Shown one piece after another: positions 9,146 to 18,356 of a DNA stretch of 64,000 bases (the stretch's first letter is position 1; each line of letters begins with the position of its first letter). The stretch is from positions 227,740 through 291,739 of the forward strand of contig CAZGFX010000001.1 of the NCBI GenBank assembly GCA_964524845.1. The letters run 5' to 3'. This DNA comes from an uncultured Gammaproteobacteria bacterium. GTDB lineage: Bacteria > Patescibacteriota > Patescibacteriia > CAZGFX01. Made by a program: the position numbers and the translations under genes. The notes under the pieces were generated by a model. It was not told the DNA's origin and did no database searches. It saw only the letters and a program-made list of their open reading frames with translations.

Positions 9146-9931
9146 ATGATGACATTTAAACAATTGTTCGAAAATTTCGTTTCCGCAGGTATGAGAGAAA
9201 CAGAGGCAAAAATTTATGCCGCACTTGTTATTAAAGGAAGGGCCGGCGCTGGAGAAATAGGCAGGATGATCGAAACATCAGGACAAAATGTAAGTATTTC
9301 CGTGAAGCGCCTTATTGAAAAAAATCTCATTGTAAAAGAAGGTAGAAATTATGCACTCGCAAATCCGGCTGGATTTTCAAACTTCTTGCAAAAAGAAAAC
9401 GATGATGCAGTAAAAAGAGTAGAGTTCCAAAAAAACATAGGGTTAACCCTATCATCAATAGTCAACGAGGCCTACATGCAAAGCACCGGAAAACCTGTTG
9501 TGCATATATTAAATTTAGATGAGTGGAAATCTTTTAAAAATGAGATGATCTCAAATGGAAACGACAAAACGATGCGTATAATCAGAGGAAAAAGGGTCTA
9601 TTCTAAAAACAAAAAAGACAGAAACGAAACAGTTTCTTTGTACCGTAAAATGGGTATATATAGAGAAATAATCACTCCTTTTTTTGATCATAATATTGAT
9701 AAAAACGAAAACGATATGGTTTTTTACGATATAAAGGATTTTGAATTTAAAAAATTTGATCTCGATATTTATATAAAAAATGATGCGGTTATAATCAACA
9801 AAAGACCAAACAAAGACCAAACACAAGAATTTCGAGCTATTGCCATACAAAACAAAAAAATAGCAGAATCTTTTATTGAGCTTTTTAATTTTTTAAAGAA
9901 AATTAGTAAAATACAAAAAGAGATCCGTTAA
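9146..9931 (+). CDS. TrmB-family winged-HTH transcriptional regulator
   Basis: GMRETEAKIYAALV..G...AGEI....V...L.EK.LI TrmB N-terminal pattern; TATACT 8 nt before ATG 9146 suggests a near-leaderless start. Confidence 0.75.
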   Translation: MMTFKQLFENFVSAGMRETEAKIYAALVIKGRAGAGEIGRMIETSGQNVSISVKRLIEKNLIVKEGRNYALANPAGFSNFLQKENDDAVKRVEFQKNIGLTLSSIVNEAYMQSTGKPVVHILNLDEWKSFKNEMISNGNDKTMRIIRGKRVYSKNKKDRNETVSLYRKMGIYREIITPFFDHNIDKNENDMVFYDIKDFEFKKFDLDIYIKNDAVIINKRPNKDQTQEFRAIAIQNKKIAESFIELFNFLKKISKIQKEIR

Positions 9932-10300
9932 GACCTCTTTTCATAATTATCAATCAATCAGTACCATCGTCTCCGTCTTCTGGAGTTTGTGATAATTTAT
10001 AATTAATCATATATCCCTTTTACTTATTTAAGCTCCCTCTCCTTTCTTTTCGGATCACGTGTTTTTTTAAACATTACTCTCCTGGATCTGATGTTTTTTC
10101 ATCAGGATCAGCTTTTAACATTTTATAAATCCACATATCCCTTTGTGTTATTTATTAAATGGTATTTTATAAATATCGCTCTTATCTAAACAAATCCTCC
10201 TTTTAATTTACAAAAATCTCTTTAAAAAGGGTTTGAAAGGACTCATTTAACAAAGATTGTTTTATATAAGCCAATATCTAACCACCAGTAAACCCTTTCA
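9915..10300 (-). other. GGA-rich transcript carrying three micro-ORFs (10074-10136, 10024-10074, 9954-10010)
   Basis: MWIYKMLKADPDEKTSDPGE, MFKKTRDPKRKERELK (TAATG overlap, AGGAG SD), MINYKLSQTPEDGDDGTD; ends at hairpin aaaagaggtc..gatctctttt. Confidence 0.35.
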
Positions 10301-10333
10301 TTACCAAACTACACCCTATAGAATAAAAAATCA

Positions 10334-10375
10334 AGTTGATTATGAACTTATAAATAACATTTGTTTATACACAAA
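10334..10375. repeat. 42-bp direct repeat, right boundary of island
   Basis: agttgattatgaacttataaataacatttgtttatacacaaa. Confidence 0.85.
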
Positions 10376-10390
10376 AAAACACATCTCAAA

Positions 10391-12559
10391 TCATAAATCC
10401 TCGACTTCGGGTAAGAATTTGCCCGGTTTTAAATCATACTCTTCTTCCTTTTCATATGAAATCTCATCTGATGTTTTTTTAGAAGGAGTTGTGTAACCGC
10501 TTTTTTGTTTTGTTTTCTTTTTGTAACCTCCCCATGAATTTTTCTTTTGAGTATTTCTAGAATATCCGTTTCCGTACCCAAACTCATCAGCATACTCGGG
10601 AACCATAGTATTACGATCAAGCAAATTCGATGGAATTTCGTCTATAAATTGCGATTGGCGCTGACTTCCTCCCCATTGTCCACCAATCACAGGCATAGTT
10701 AGAAACAAACGTTTCTGAGCCCTTGTTAAAGCAACATAGAACAATCTCCTTTCCTCAGCAATTCCTCCCTCAGCTACAGACCTCCCCGATGGAAAACCGT
10801 TTTCAGCAACATTAATAATAAACACCGTATCCCATTCCAAGCCTTTTGCTTGATGTACTGTAGATAAAATTATTTTGTCTTTATACGATAAGTTATCGCG
10901 TTCATTTTTGTTCCACTCCGCAGTAAACGATTCTTGAAGCGCAACTTCTGCAACCAATGGGGCTAGTGTTTCATACTGTCGCGCAAAGACTCCTAGCTGA
11001 GTTAAATCATCAAGTCGTTCTCTTCCGTCGGTGTATTCTCTTAAAACATACTCTCTATATCCTTCTTGTATAAATGATGAGATGATTTCAGAAGGATTGT
11101 TTTCTCCTGCATTTATCGCTGCGTTCCATATACGAAGAAAATCCTTCCAACCCGTTTGTGCGCGAGCTCCAACAATTGAAAAAAATGATTCCTGACGCAA
11201 ATTTTCACGCCATTTTTCCTGATTTGTTTCCTGTAATTCTATAATATGATCCGCAAGTTTCTGAGCCGCTATATCGCCTATTCCACCAAATAAAGAGAGA
11301 ATTCTTTGCCAAGATAACCTATCAAAAGGATTAATAAATATTCTGCAAAAAGCTATTGCATCTTTCACGTGAGCTCTTTCAAAAAAACGAACACCTCCTC
11401 GATATTCATATGTAATACCACTGCGTGCAAGTTCCATTTCAAGCGCCTGAGAATGAAAAGAAGCTCGAAACAGAACAGCAATCGACGACGAAGGAACGCC
11501 CTCTTCACGAAGAGAAACTATAGTACGAGTAATAAACTCAGCTTCTTGTCCTGAATCCATAGCACTTACGAAAATGGGTTTTGTGTGATTATCAAGAACA
11601 GACACTAGTGTTTTTTGATATTGATCCGGATTATGCAAAATAATTTCGTTTGCGATTTCAAGGATCTCCGGGGTGGACCTGTAATTCGTCTCAAGTTTAA
11701 ATGTTTTCGCATCAGGATATCTATTCGAGAAAGAAAGAATATTCCTTATATCAGCTGCGCGAAAAGAATAAATACTTTGAGCGTCATCTCCTACCACAAA
11801 AAGATTTTTATGTGCGGATGAGAGACAATCAATAATATCAGCTTGTATTACGTTCGTATCTTGGTATTCATCAACTAGAACGTATCTGAACTTTTGCGAA
11901 AGTTGGACCCCTGTTTGTGTGAGCACACCCGATGAATCTCTTATCAAAATAAGCAGGTTGTTTAATAAATCATCGAAATCCATTGAATTGTTTTTACGCT
12001 TCTGTTCGTGGTATGCGCGTTCTACCTGCTCGAATCGTCCAATATACTCAGAAACCTGCGGCGCGCGAGATAAAATTATACTTCGAAGAGATTTTCTGCT
12101 GTTCGCCGCATACGAAATCCAAGATTGTACAACTGCCGGAGCCGGTATACCAGTTTCTTTCGAGGAAACAATTCCGCACTCTTTCATGCACTTACGCACA
12201 AGATCCTTGCTATCCTCCTGATCGAGGATGGAAAAGTCCGGAGAAAAACCAATTGTCTTACCATACATTCTAAGTATTCTGTTCGCGACATGATGAAATG
12301 TTCCCGCCCACATTCCTCGCACCTCGGCTCCGAGCAGTTTGGTGACTCGTTCTATCATCTCGCGCGCCGCCTTGTTGGTGAATGTCAGAAGCAATATCTC
12401 ATCAGGCCGTGCTCCGTGCTCGAGAAGATAAGCTACGCGATATACTATCGTACGAGTTTTTCCAGATCCAGCTCCTGCAAGCACAAGACAACGTCCATCT
12501 CCCTGTTCGACAGCTCTGTGTTGTTCCTCGTTTAATTCTTTTTTGAAATCAATTCGCAT
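10391..12559 (-). CDS. pcrA: UvrD/PcrA-family ATP-dependent DNA helicase
   Basis: AGAGSGKT, TFTNKAA, VDEYQD, VGDDAQSIY, NYRS, TVHQAKGLE, EERRLFYVALTRA. Confidence 0.9.
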   Translation of the reverse strand: MRIDFKKELNEEQHRAVEQGDGRCLVLAGAGSGKTRTIVYRVAYLLEHGARPDEILLLTFTNKAAREMIERVTKLLGAEVRGMWAGTFHHVANRILRMYGKTIGFSPDFSILDQEDSKDLVRKCMKECGIVSSKETGIPAPAVVQSWISYAANSRKSLRSIILSRAPQVSEYIGRFEQVERAYHEQKRKNNSMDFDDLLNNLLILIRDSSGVLTQTGVQLSQKFRYVLVDEYQDTNVIQADIIDCLSSAHKNLFVVGDDAQSIYSFRAADIRNILSFSNRYPDAKTFKLETNYRSTPEILEIANEIILHNPDQYQKTLVSVLDNHTKPIFVSAMDSGQEAEFITRTIVSLREEGVPSSSIAVLFRASFHSQALEMELARSGITYEYRGGVRFFERAHVKDAIAFCRIFINPFDRLSWQRILSLFGGIGDIAAQKLADHIIELQETNQEKWRENLRQESFFSIVGARAQTGWKDFLRIWNAAINAGENNPSEIISSFIQEGYREYVLREYTDGRERLDDLTQLGVFARQYETLAPLVAEVALQESFTAEWNKNERDNLSYKDKIILSTVHQAKGLEWDTVFIINVAENGFPSGRSVAEGGIAEERRLFYVALTRAQKRLFLTMPVIGGQWGGSQRQSQFIDEIPSNLLDRNTMVPEYADEFGYGNGYSRNTQKKNSWGGYKKKTKQKSGYTTPSKKTSDEISYEKEEEYDLKPGKFLPEVEDL

Positions 12560-12639
12560 ATAGACAGTATACCAGTGATACGAAAAACAAAAAGTCCGCC
12601 TCTCTCGTGAGAAAAGCGGACCTATATATTGTTAGTTTT

Positions 12640-13035
12640 TTAACAAGGAAATAAAAGATACAAAATATCGTCTTTATTCTTGCACTTATAAAAAAAGATC
12701 GGACAAGTACGAAACCACGGTCTAGAAACAACTCCTTGAGAAATAGGAAGTTGATTTATAATCTCATACAAATCTTGGATACATTTATTTGATTCTGAGA
12801 AAATAAAACTGTCTGAATTAAGACCTTTTTTCATCATAATTGAAATAGCTTCGTTAACAGTATGTGCCGTTCCAAAATATGTACCACTGGGTCCTATGAT
12901 ACAAAAACCTTCGTATTCTTTTATTTCTGGTAGCGTGCCAATAACGGCTTGATATAGACTTTTTGTTTCTTCTTCTTTTAAATTAAATGTTTCTGTTTTT
13001 TTTAGTTCTGTTTTTTCAATGTCTACACAAGTCAT
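12640..13035 (-). CDS. hypothetical protein
   Basis: AGGAG SD before ATG 13035; TTGACT upstream; terminator at ~12590-12622. Confidence 0.65.
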   Translation of the reverse strand: MTCVDIEKTELKKTETFNLKEEETKSLYQAVIGTLPEIKEYEGFCIIGPSGTYFGTAHTVNEAISIMMKKGLNSDSFIFSESNKCIQDLYEIINQLPISQGVVSRPWFRTCPIFFYKCKNKDDILYLLFPC

Positions 13036-13172
13036 ATTCAAACTCCTTTTCTTTAATCAAAAGTTAAATTTATTTTCAAGCTTAACAATAAGTTTTAATT
13101 GCTTTTATTTAAATTATTTTATTTATATTACTGTATACCCATATACGAAAAAGTCAAAGTCTTTTTAGAATA

Positions 13173-13436
13173 TAAAAACGGAAAACCTCGGCCAGTAGCC
13201 GAGGCTTTCCAAAATAGAGAACTTGTGGAAATCCAAGATACCCAAAACTTGGTTTTCCTAAAGATAGGAGAGAGATTAAGACCTAACCCCTAAGGATAAG
13301 ATCTTCTGCATACATAATACCCAAAAATGCATGCAGAACCTTGAAATCAATCTGTTAAAAGATTCATTCCAAGAGAATGAATTCAAATCGGGTTTAGGGT
13401 TTGAAGTCGCTCTCTTTGGGAATTAATCAATCGTTC
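13173..13436 (-). ncRNA. candidate novel structured small RNA (RNA-B)
   Basis: TTGACA(13471-13466)-17-TATGAT(13448-13443); terminator 13173-13210; several hairpins; no ORF with SD. Confidence 0.7.
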
Positions 13437-13583
13437 ACTATCATCATAGCGCACCTATTAATAATTGTCAATATTAGTGTTTATAAAAAAGTGGATAACT
13501 CTATAAAACGGCTTATATAAGCCCTGTAACAACACTCTTTTTATTTCATTTATAGTTAACACCTCAGGTGTGAAACATCGACT

Positions 13584-14153
13584 TTATTCACCGTGTATTC
13601 TACGAACCCCATATATAATCTCCTCTATTTTATGAAGGTTTCTTTTCGCTTCATCGAACTTCTGTCTTAAATGACCCGTAAGAAACATGCGAGCCATAGC
13701 CGAAACAAGCTCTTCTGAAATTGATTTAAAATAAATGAGTTCTTTTAATGTTTTCTCTCCTGCAATATTAACAGCTCTTCTAACTAACTCTCCTGTAACA
13801 TCTGCGAGCGCTCCTCCATATTGATCGTATGATACAGGAAACCCATCAAACACATCCAATGATTTATGCTGAAATACTTTCATTAGATAAAAAGATTCTA
13901 GAAATTCTTCGCATGCTCCGAGATAATTCGCATCATAAGCAAATCTTGTACCTTTTATCACTTTGTACATTTTCACTAGATCTTTTTCTGCTTTTGCTAT
14001 TGCGATACGAGCCTCTGCCACCTCTTCTCTGTGGAGAGCATATATTGCCGCCTTGCTCATTCTTTGAATATCCCGAGATATTCTAAACACCATATCTCTC
14101 ATCTGGGTGTCCTTCTCTCCTTGATCTGTTATCAGTTTTAATAATTTTTTCAT
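13584..14153 (-). CDS. Translin/Trax-family protein
   Basis: SRDI.R.SK.AIYALHR, EEFLE and LADVTGELVRRA motifs characteristic of Translin/Trax. Confidence 0.85.
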   Translation of the reverse strand: MKKLLKLITDQGEKDTQMRDMVFRISRDIQRMSKAAIYALHREEVAEARIAIAKAEKDLVKMYKVIKGTRFAYDANYLGACEEFLESFYLMKVFQHKSLDVFDGFPVSYDQYGGALADVTGELVRRAVNIAGEKTLKELIYFKSISEELVSAMARMFLTGHLRQKFDEAKRNLHKIEEIIYGVRRIHGE

Positions 14154-14263
14154 AATAGTTGGGATTATATATACATAGTGTAGCACATGATTGAATAAAA
14201 CAAGAATTATGAATTGATTAAACGGATATACTGTGCTACATTTTGACTGATTTTTATATAATT

Positions 14264-15361
14264 ATGGGATTACAAATAGGACTTGTTGGTCTTCCGAATG
14301 TAGGAAAATCAACGGCATTCAAAGCGCTTACGAAAAAACAGGTTCCTGCAGAAAACTATCCGTTTTGCACTATAGACCCGAACATCGGAGTTGTTGCAGT
14401 ACCTGATAAACGTCTTGATCGACTTGCGGAAATATCAGAATCAAAAAAAATCGTTCCAACAACGATCGAGTTTGTTGATATCGCGGGACTCGTAAAAGGA
14501 GCATCTCAAGGGGAGGGGCTTGGAAATCAATTCCTTTCACACATTAGAGAGGTCGATGCAATTGCAATGGTAGTGAGAGAATTTAAAGACGAAAAAATAA
14601 TTCATGTATATGATCGAATTGATCCCACTGATGATATTGATATCATAAAACTCGAGCTTATTTTTGCTGACCTGGATACAGTTAATAAACGCATTTCTGC
14701 TACAGAGAAAAAAGCTAGTCTAGGAGATAAGGAGGCGAAAATGGAATACACTGTTGCAATAAAGTACAAAGAAGCACTTTCCGCTGACAAACTTGCAAAC
14801 ACTGTTGAGTTTTCAGATGAGGAGAAAAAAACAGCACACCAGTTTCAACTCCTTACAGCAAAACCTTTTATTTACATACGAAATGTCGATGAACACACGG
14901 CAATCGCCGAAGCAAAAAAAATAGATACTGATTTTCTCGATCATCTCTCACATCAAGAAACCCCAGAAGTAACGATATGCGCCTTGATGGAAGCGGAACT
15001 TGCCGAGATGGACGAGACCGATACGAAACAATACCTGAAAGAGGTTGGTATCAGCTACACGGGACTAGATCGTATGATTCTGGCATGTTACAGAGCCCTT
15101 AATCTTGTTTCGTTTCTCACAACCGGTCCCGATGAGAGCCGTGCATGGACAGTGCGAGCAAACACAAAAGCTCCTCAGGCTGCCGCAGTCATTCATACTG
15201 ATTTTGAAAAAAACTTTATACGTGTAGAGGTAATTAAATATGCTGATCTAGATCGTCTTGGTAATGAACTGGCAGTAAAACAAGCCGGCCTCATGCAAAC
15301 ACTTGGAAAAGATTATATCATTCAAGATGGTGATGTCGTGAACTTTATAGTTGGAGTGTAA
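14264..15361 (+). CDS. ychF: ribosome-binding ATPase YchF
   Basis: GLPNVGKST, NYPFCTIDPN, DIAGLVKGAS.GEGLGN, IHTDF, DGDV. Confidence 0.97.
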   Translation: MGLQIGLVGLPNVGKSTAFKALTKKQVPAENYPFCTIDPNIGVVAVPDKRLDRLAEISESKKIVPTTIEFVDIAGLVKGASQGEGLGNQFLSHIREVDAIAMVVREFKDEKIIHVYDRIDPTDDIDIIKLELIFADLDTVNKRISATEKKASLGDKEAKMEYTVAIKYKEALSADKLANTVEFSDEEKKTAHQFQLLTAKPFIYIRNVDEHTAIAEAKKIDTDFLDHLSHQETPEVTICALMEAELAEMDETDTKQYLKEVGISYTGLDRMILACYRALNLVSFLTTGPDESRAWTVRANTKAPQAAAVIHTDFEKNFIRVEVIKYADLDRLGNELAVKQAGLMQTLGKDYIIQDGDVVNFIVGV

Positions 15362-15392
15362 AAACATTCAAAAAAGGAGTCGGTTTTTATTA

Positions 15393-15466
15393 TTCTGTTA
15401 TTATATAAATTTTGTCCGTTTATGAGCGGAGTGAAATAAAGGATCAAAATTTATATAATAGCAGAA
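15393..15466. repeat. long inverted repeat / hairpin
   Basis: 22-bp arms ttctgttattatataaattttg / caaaatttatataatagcagaa (one G-T). Confidence 0.8.
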
Positions 15467-15668
15467 TTTTCATTTAAAAAATTTTTTTATAATTAATGAA
15501 GACTCTGAAAAACCGCTTGAAAAAGCGGTTTTTCTCTAATTCACAATACTCCACTTGCACGTATTTTTGTTTTGGTGCATTATACAACGATCCGCGGATG
15601 CGGATTATAAGTACATTAACAGATAAAAACAGTGCCCGGATGGGTACGCATCAAGAAAGGCGGTTACT

Positions 15669-16838
15669 ATGAGTAACTATGGTCTCAGTGAGTTAAAATT
15701 AGCTACTACTAAACGTTATGATGATCGGGATATTGCAAAAAATCCTATTGGTGTCTTTATGGATTGTTCTTATGTTGAAATTAGGAAAAAATGTATTAAA
15801 GTCATAACAAAAATACCAGAAATCCATTCTCAACGTTTTATAGAGGAAATAGAATTTTTATTGTCCGAAATTGTGACAAACGAAAACCTTCATAAAGAAC
15901 TGTTCAGTGAAACTGTCGACTTCATAGACTGGTATATCCAAAAATCCAATAAAAGTGAACAAGTGAGAATCCGAGCGTTTCGGTTCGTGTGCGAATTATT
16001 AACCAAAAATCGTTCATTCGAAGATGGTGATCACTTTGTCACACGACCGATTTCTCGTGCTATAAAAGACGATCCACAGCTTTATTGGTGTGATTCTGGA
16101 ATAGATGTACGAGCAAATCAATGGATCGATAAAATAATAGAAGAAACTACTTTAGAAATTAATAAATCCGAAAACAGCCGATACAGTGGCTTCCTTTCGT
16201 CATATATGCTTATCAACGCTGAAACAGCTTTACGCAGAGCATTGTCTGCTAGTAATACGCTCCTTATTCCAAAGATTGAAAAATTTTATGACGTTTTTTC
16301 TACTTTAATAGAAAATATTGAAAAAGAAAAATATACCTCAAAAGAAATTGGTTGGTATGAAAAAAAAGGATTAATTGATGGAACTCTGAGAATTTTAAAA
16401 AAAGAAGAAAAGAAAGAGAAACCAATTTCAGGTCTTGTAAGCTCTTTTTTTAAAAGAGAACTCAAATTAAAAGGAATGGTTACGTTGCACGCAGAATACT
16501 CCTTCGTACCCGATGGCACTTACAGAAACGTTATTATATCTTTTCATCTAAAAGCATCTCACCCGGAAGAAGAAAAAGGAATTGAAGAATACTTAAAAAA
16601 TCCGGAAAGAAAAGAAAAACAATTTTATATCATTATAGATGTTTTCGGAAGTCAGGACGATAATAAAAAAGACGAGAAACCAAAAATAATTCGTTTTTCT
16701 GATCTGGTGGCAAACTTCTCCTATATTCCTTTTGGACCACAACAAAAGTGCTTCATACGAATATTTGACGAAGGAGAAGAAATAGCTGAAACATGTTTTT
16801 ATCTTGAACCAGATATAGCGACAAAAGAAATTGTATAA
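15669..16838 (+). CDS. hypothetical protein
   Basis: 389-aa ORF; terminator aaacctcg..cgaggttt follows. Confidence 0.75.
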   Translation: MSNYGLSELKLATTKRYDDRDIAKNPIGVFMDCSYVEIRKKCIKVITKIPEIHSQRFIEEIEFLLSEIVTNENLHKELFSETVDFIDWYIQKSNKSEQVRIRAFRFVCELLTKNRSFEDGDHFVTRPISRAIKDDPQLYWCDSGIDVRANQWIDKIIEETTLEINKSENSRYSGFLSSYMLINAETALRRALSASNTLLIPKIEKFYDVFSTLIENIEKEKYTSKEIGWYEKKGLIDGTLRILKKEEKKEKPISGLVSSFFKRELKLKGMVTLHAEYSFVPDGTYRNVIISFHLKASHPEEEKGIEEYLKNPERKEKQFYIIIDVFGSQDDNKKDEKPKIIRFSDLVANFSYIPFGPQQKCFIRIFDEGEEIAETCFYLEPDIATKEIV

Positions 16839-16925
16839 TTTTATATGATTTCAAAAAAATAAATTCAAAAAAACCTCGATTAGTGAAATACTAACCGAGG
16901 TTTTTAATTTTTATACTAGAAAAAA

Positions 16926-18206
16926 TTATTCTGGCATTTCAGCGAGTTTAACGGAAACGGTCTTTTCTTCTCCTTTGTGATATATTTTTAATTTTAATTC
17001 ATCTCCTACCTTCTTGTTCTTCACAAGTGATACGAGTGAGTGATCGTTGTCTATCTTTTGACCATCGACTTCAAGAATAATATCATTTTCTACAATTCCA
17101 GCCTTATCTGCCGGAGATCCCGGTAAAACAGCGAGCTGATCCTGTGTTTCTCCGCGAGCAACAAGAGCTCCATATTCAAACGGGAGTTTGTTCGCATTCT
17201 TTAATTCCTCTGTAATCATTACATATCTTATTCCTAGATAAGGACGCACTATTTTTCCATTTGTTTTTACAGACTCGACGACATTTTTTACAAGATTTGA
17301 AGGAAGAGCAAACCCAATGTTTTCGGCTGAGGCTTTCGCGACACTCATTCCAATTACGTTTCCGTTTAGATCGAGTAATGGGCCTCCTGAGTTTCCTGGA
17401 TTAATTGCCGCATCCGTTTGTATGAGATTTTCAAGTTGTTCTGATTGTCCCATCATATCTCCAGCCATAATCGTACGAGCAAGACCTGATATAACGCCCA
17501 CAGAAACCGTGTTTCGAAACTCCGCAAGCGCATTTCCTATGACTATTATTGTTTGGCCTAGGTCGAGAGTTCCCGAATCACCAAAAGAAAGATATGTGAA
17601 ATCTTTTCCTTCTACTTTTATCACAGCTATGTCATTGACGGGGTCTGTAGCAATAACTTTTGCTGGATATTTTTTGCCGTCATTTGTATATACCGTATAC
17701 TCGACGTCTTTTTCTGAAACAACGTGCTTGTTTGTAACTATAAGCCCATCAGACGAAACAAAAAAACCGGATCCTCCTCCAATTTCTTTTTTCTCTGTTC
17801 CTTTTTCACGATATTTCGGCACCTGAAATTGAAAGGGTTGAAAAAAGTCTCCGAAAAAATCATCACCAAATGGATTTGCAGGTTGGTTCTCATAATATTG
17901 CTCGATAATTGGAACATCTTTTGTCAGAATAATTGAAACAACCGCCGGATTTGCCTGTTTAACAGTGGCTACGATTCTCTCACTATCGCTTCCATTAATA
18001 TTCGCTTTTTTATTCGTATCGGTAACAGAATCATTTTTTGAAACACTATCTTTATCATTGAAAACAGATGCGATCTTCCTATCAAAGTCGCGAATATGCG
18101 GATTAACTCGTACAGCCACGATTCCTAATATTATAAAGGCGCCTATCATTCCACTAATAATTCCAACCACAATTGGTATGCTGTGTTTTTTTAGAAACTC
18201 GTTCAT
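16926..18206 (-). CDS. htrA: HtrA/DegP-family serine protease with PDZ domain
   Basis: GSGF, TNKHVV, DIAV, QTDAAINPGNSGGPL, PDZ GSPADKAG. Confidence 0.93.
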   Translation of the reverse strand: MNEFLKKHSIPIVVGIISGMIGAFIILGIVAVRVNPHIRDFDRKIASVFNDKDSVSKNDSVTDTNKKANINGSDSERIVATVKQANPAVVSIILTKDVPIIEQYYENQPANPFGDDFFGDFFQPFQFQVPKYREKGTEKKEIGGGSGFFVSSDGLIVTNKHVVSEKDVEYTVYTNDGKKYPAKVIATDPVNDIAVIKVEGKDFTYLSFGDSGTLDLGQTIIVIGNALAEFRNTVSVGVISGLARTIMAGDMMGQSEQLENLIQTDAAINPGNSGGPLLDLNGNVIGMSVAKASAENIGFALPSNLVKNVVESVKTNGKIVRPYLGIRYVMITEELKNANKLPFEYGALVARGETQDQLAVLPGSPADKAGIVENDIILEVDGQKIDNDHSLVSLVKNKKVGDELKLKIYHKGEEKTVSVKLAEMPE

Positions 18207-18356
18207 AATATTAAAATATAAAAAATAAATTAGTTAGAAGGACGAAGTATATTATAGCGCAAGATAAAGAAGATTTCAAAACTAATCGAAAAAACCTTTT
18301 ATATAAAATAAATTTCCGCAAACACGGAAATAATTACAATACAATTCCAAAAAATA

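Noticed and set aside
13099-13293. 64-aa plus-strand ORF
   Set aside because: TTG start without SD; runs through a promoter and terminator, antisense to RNA-B.
13173-13436. RNA-B as tmRNA, RNase P, SRP or 6S RNA
   Set aside because: No tRNA-like ends, RNase P P4 signature or SRP helix-8 motif seen; multibranched rather than rod-like. A divergent 6S cannot be fully excluded without cmscan.
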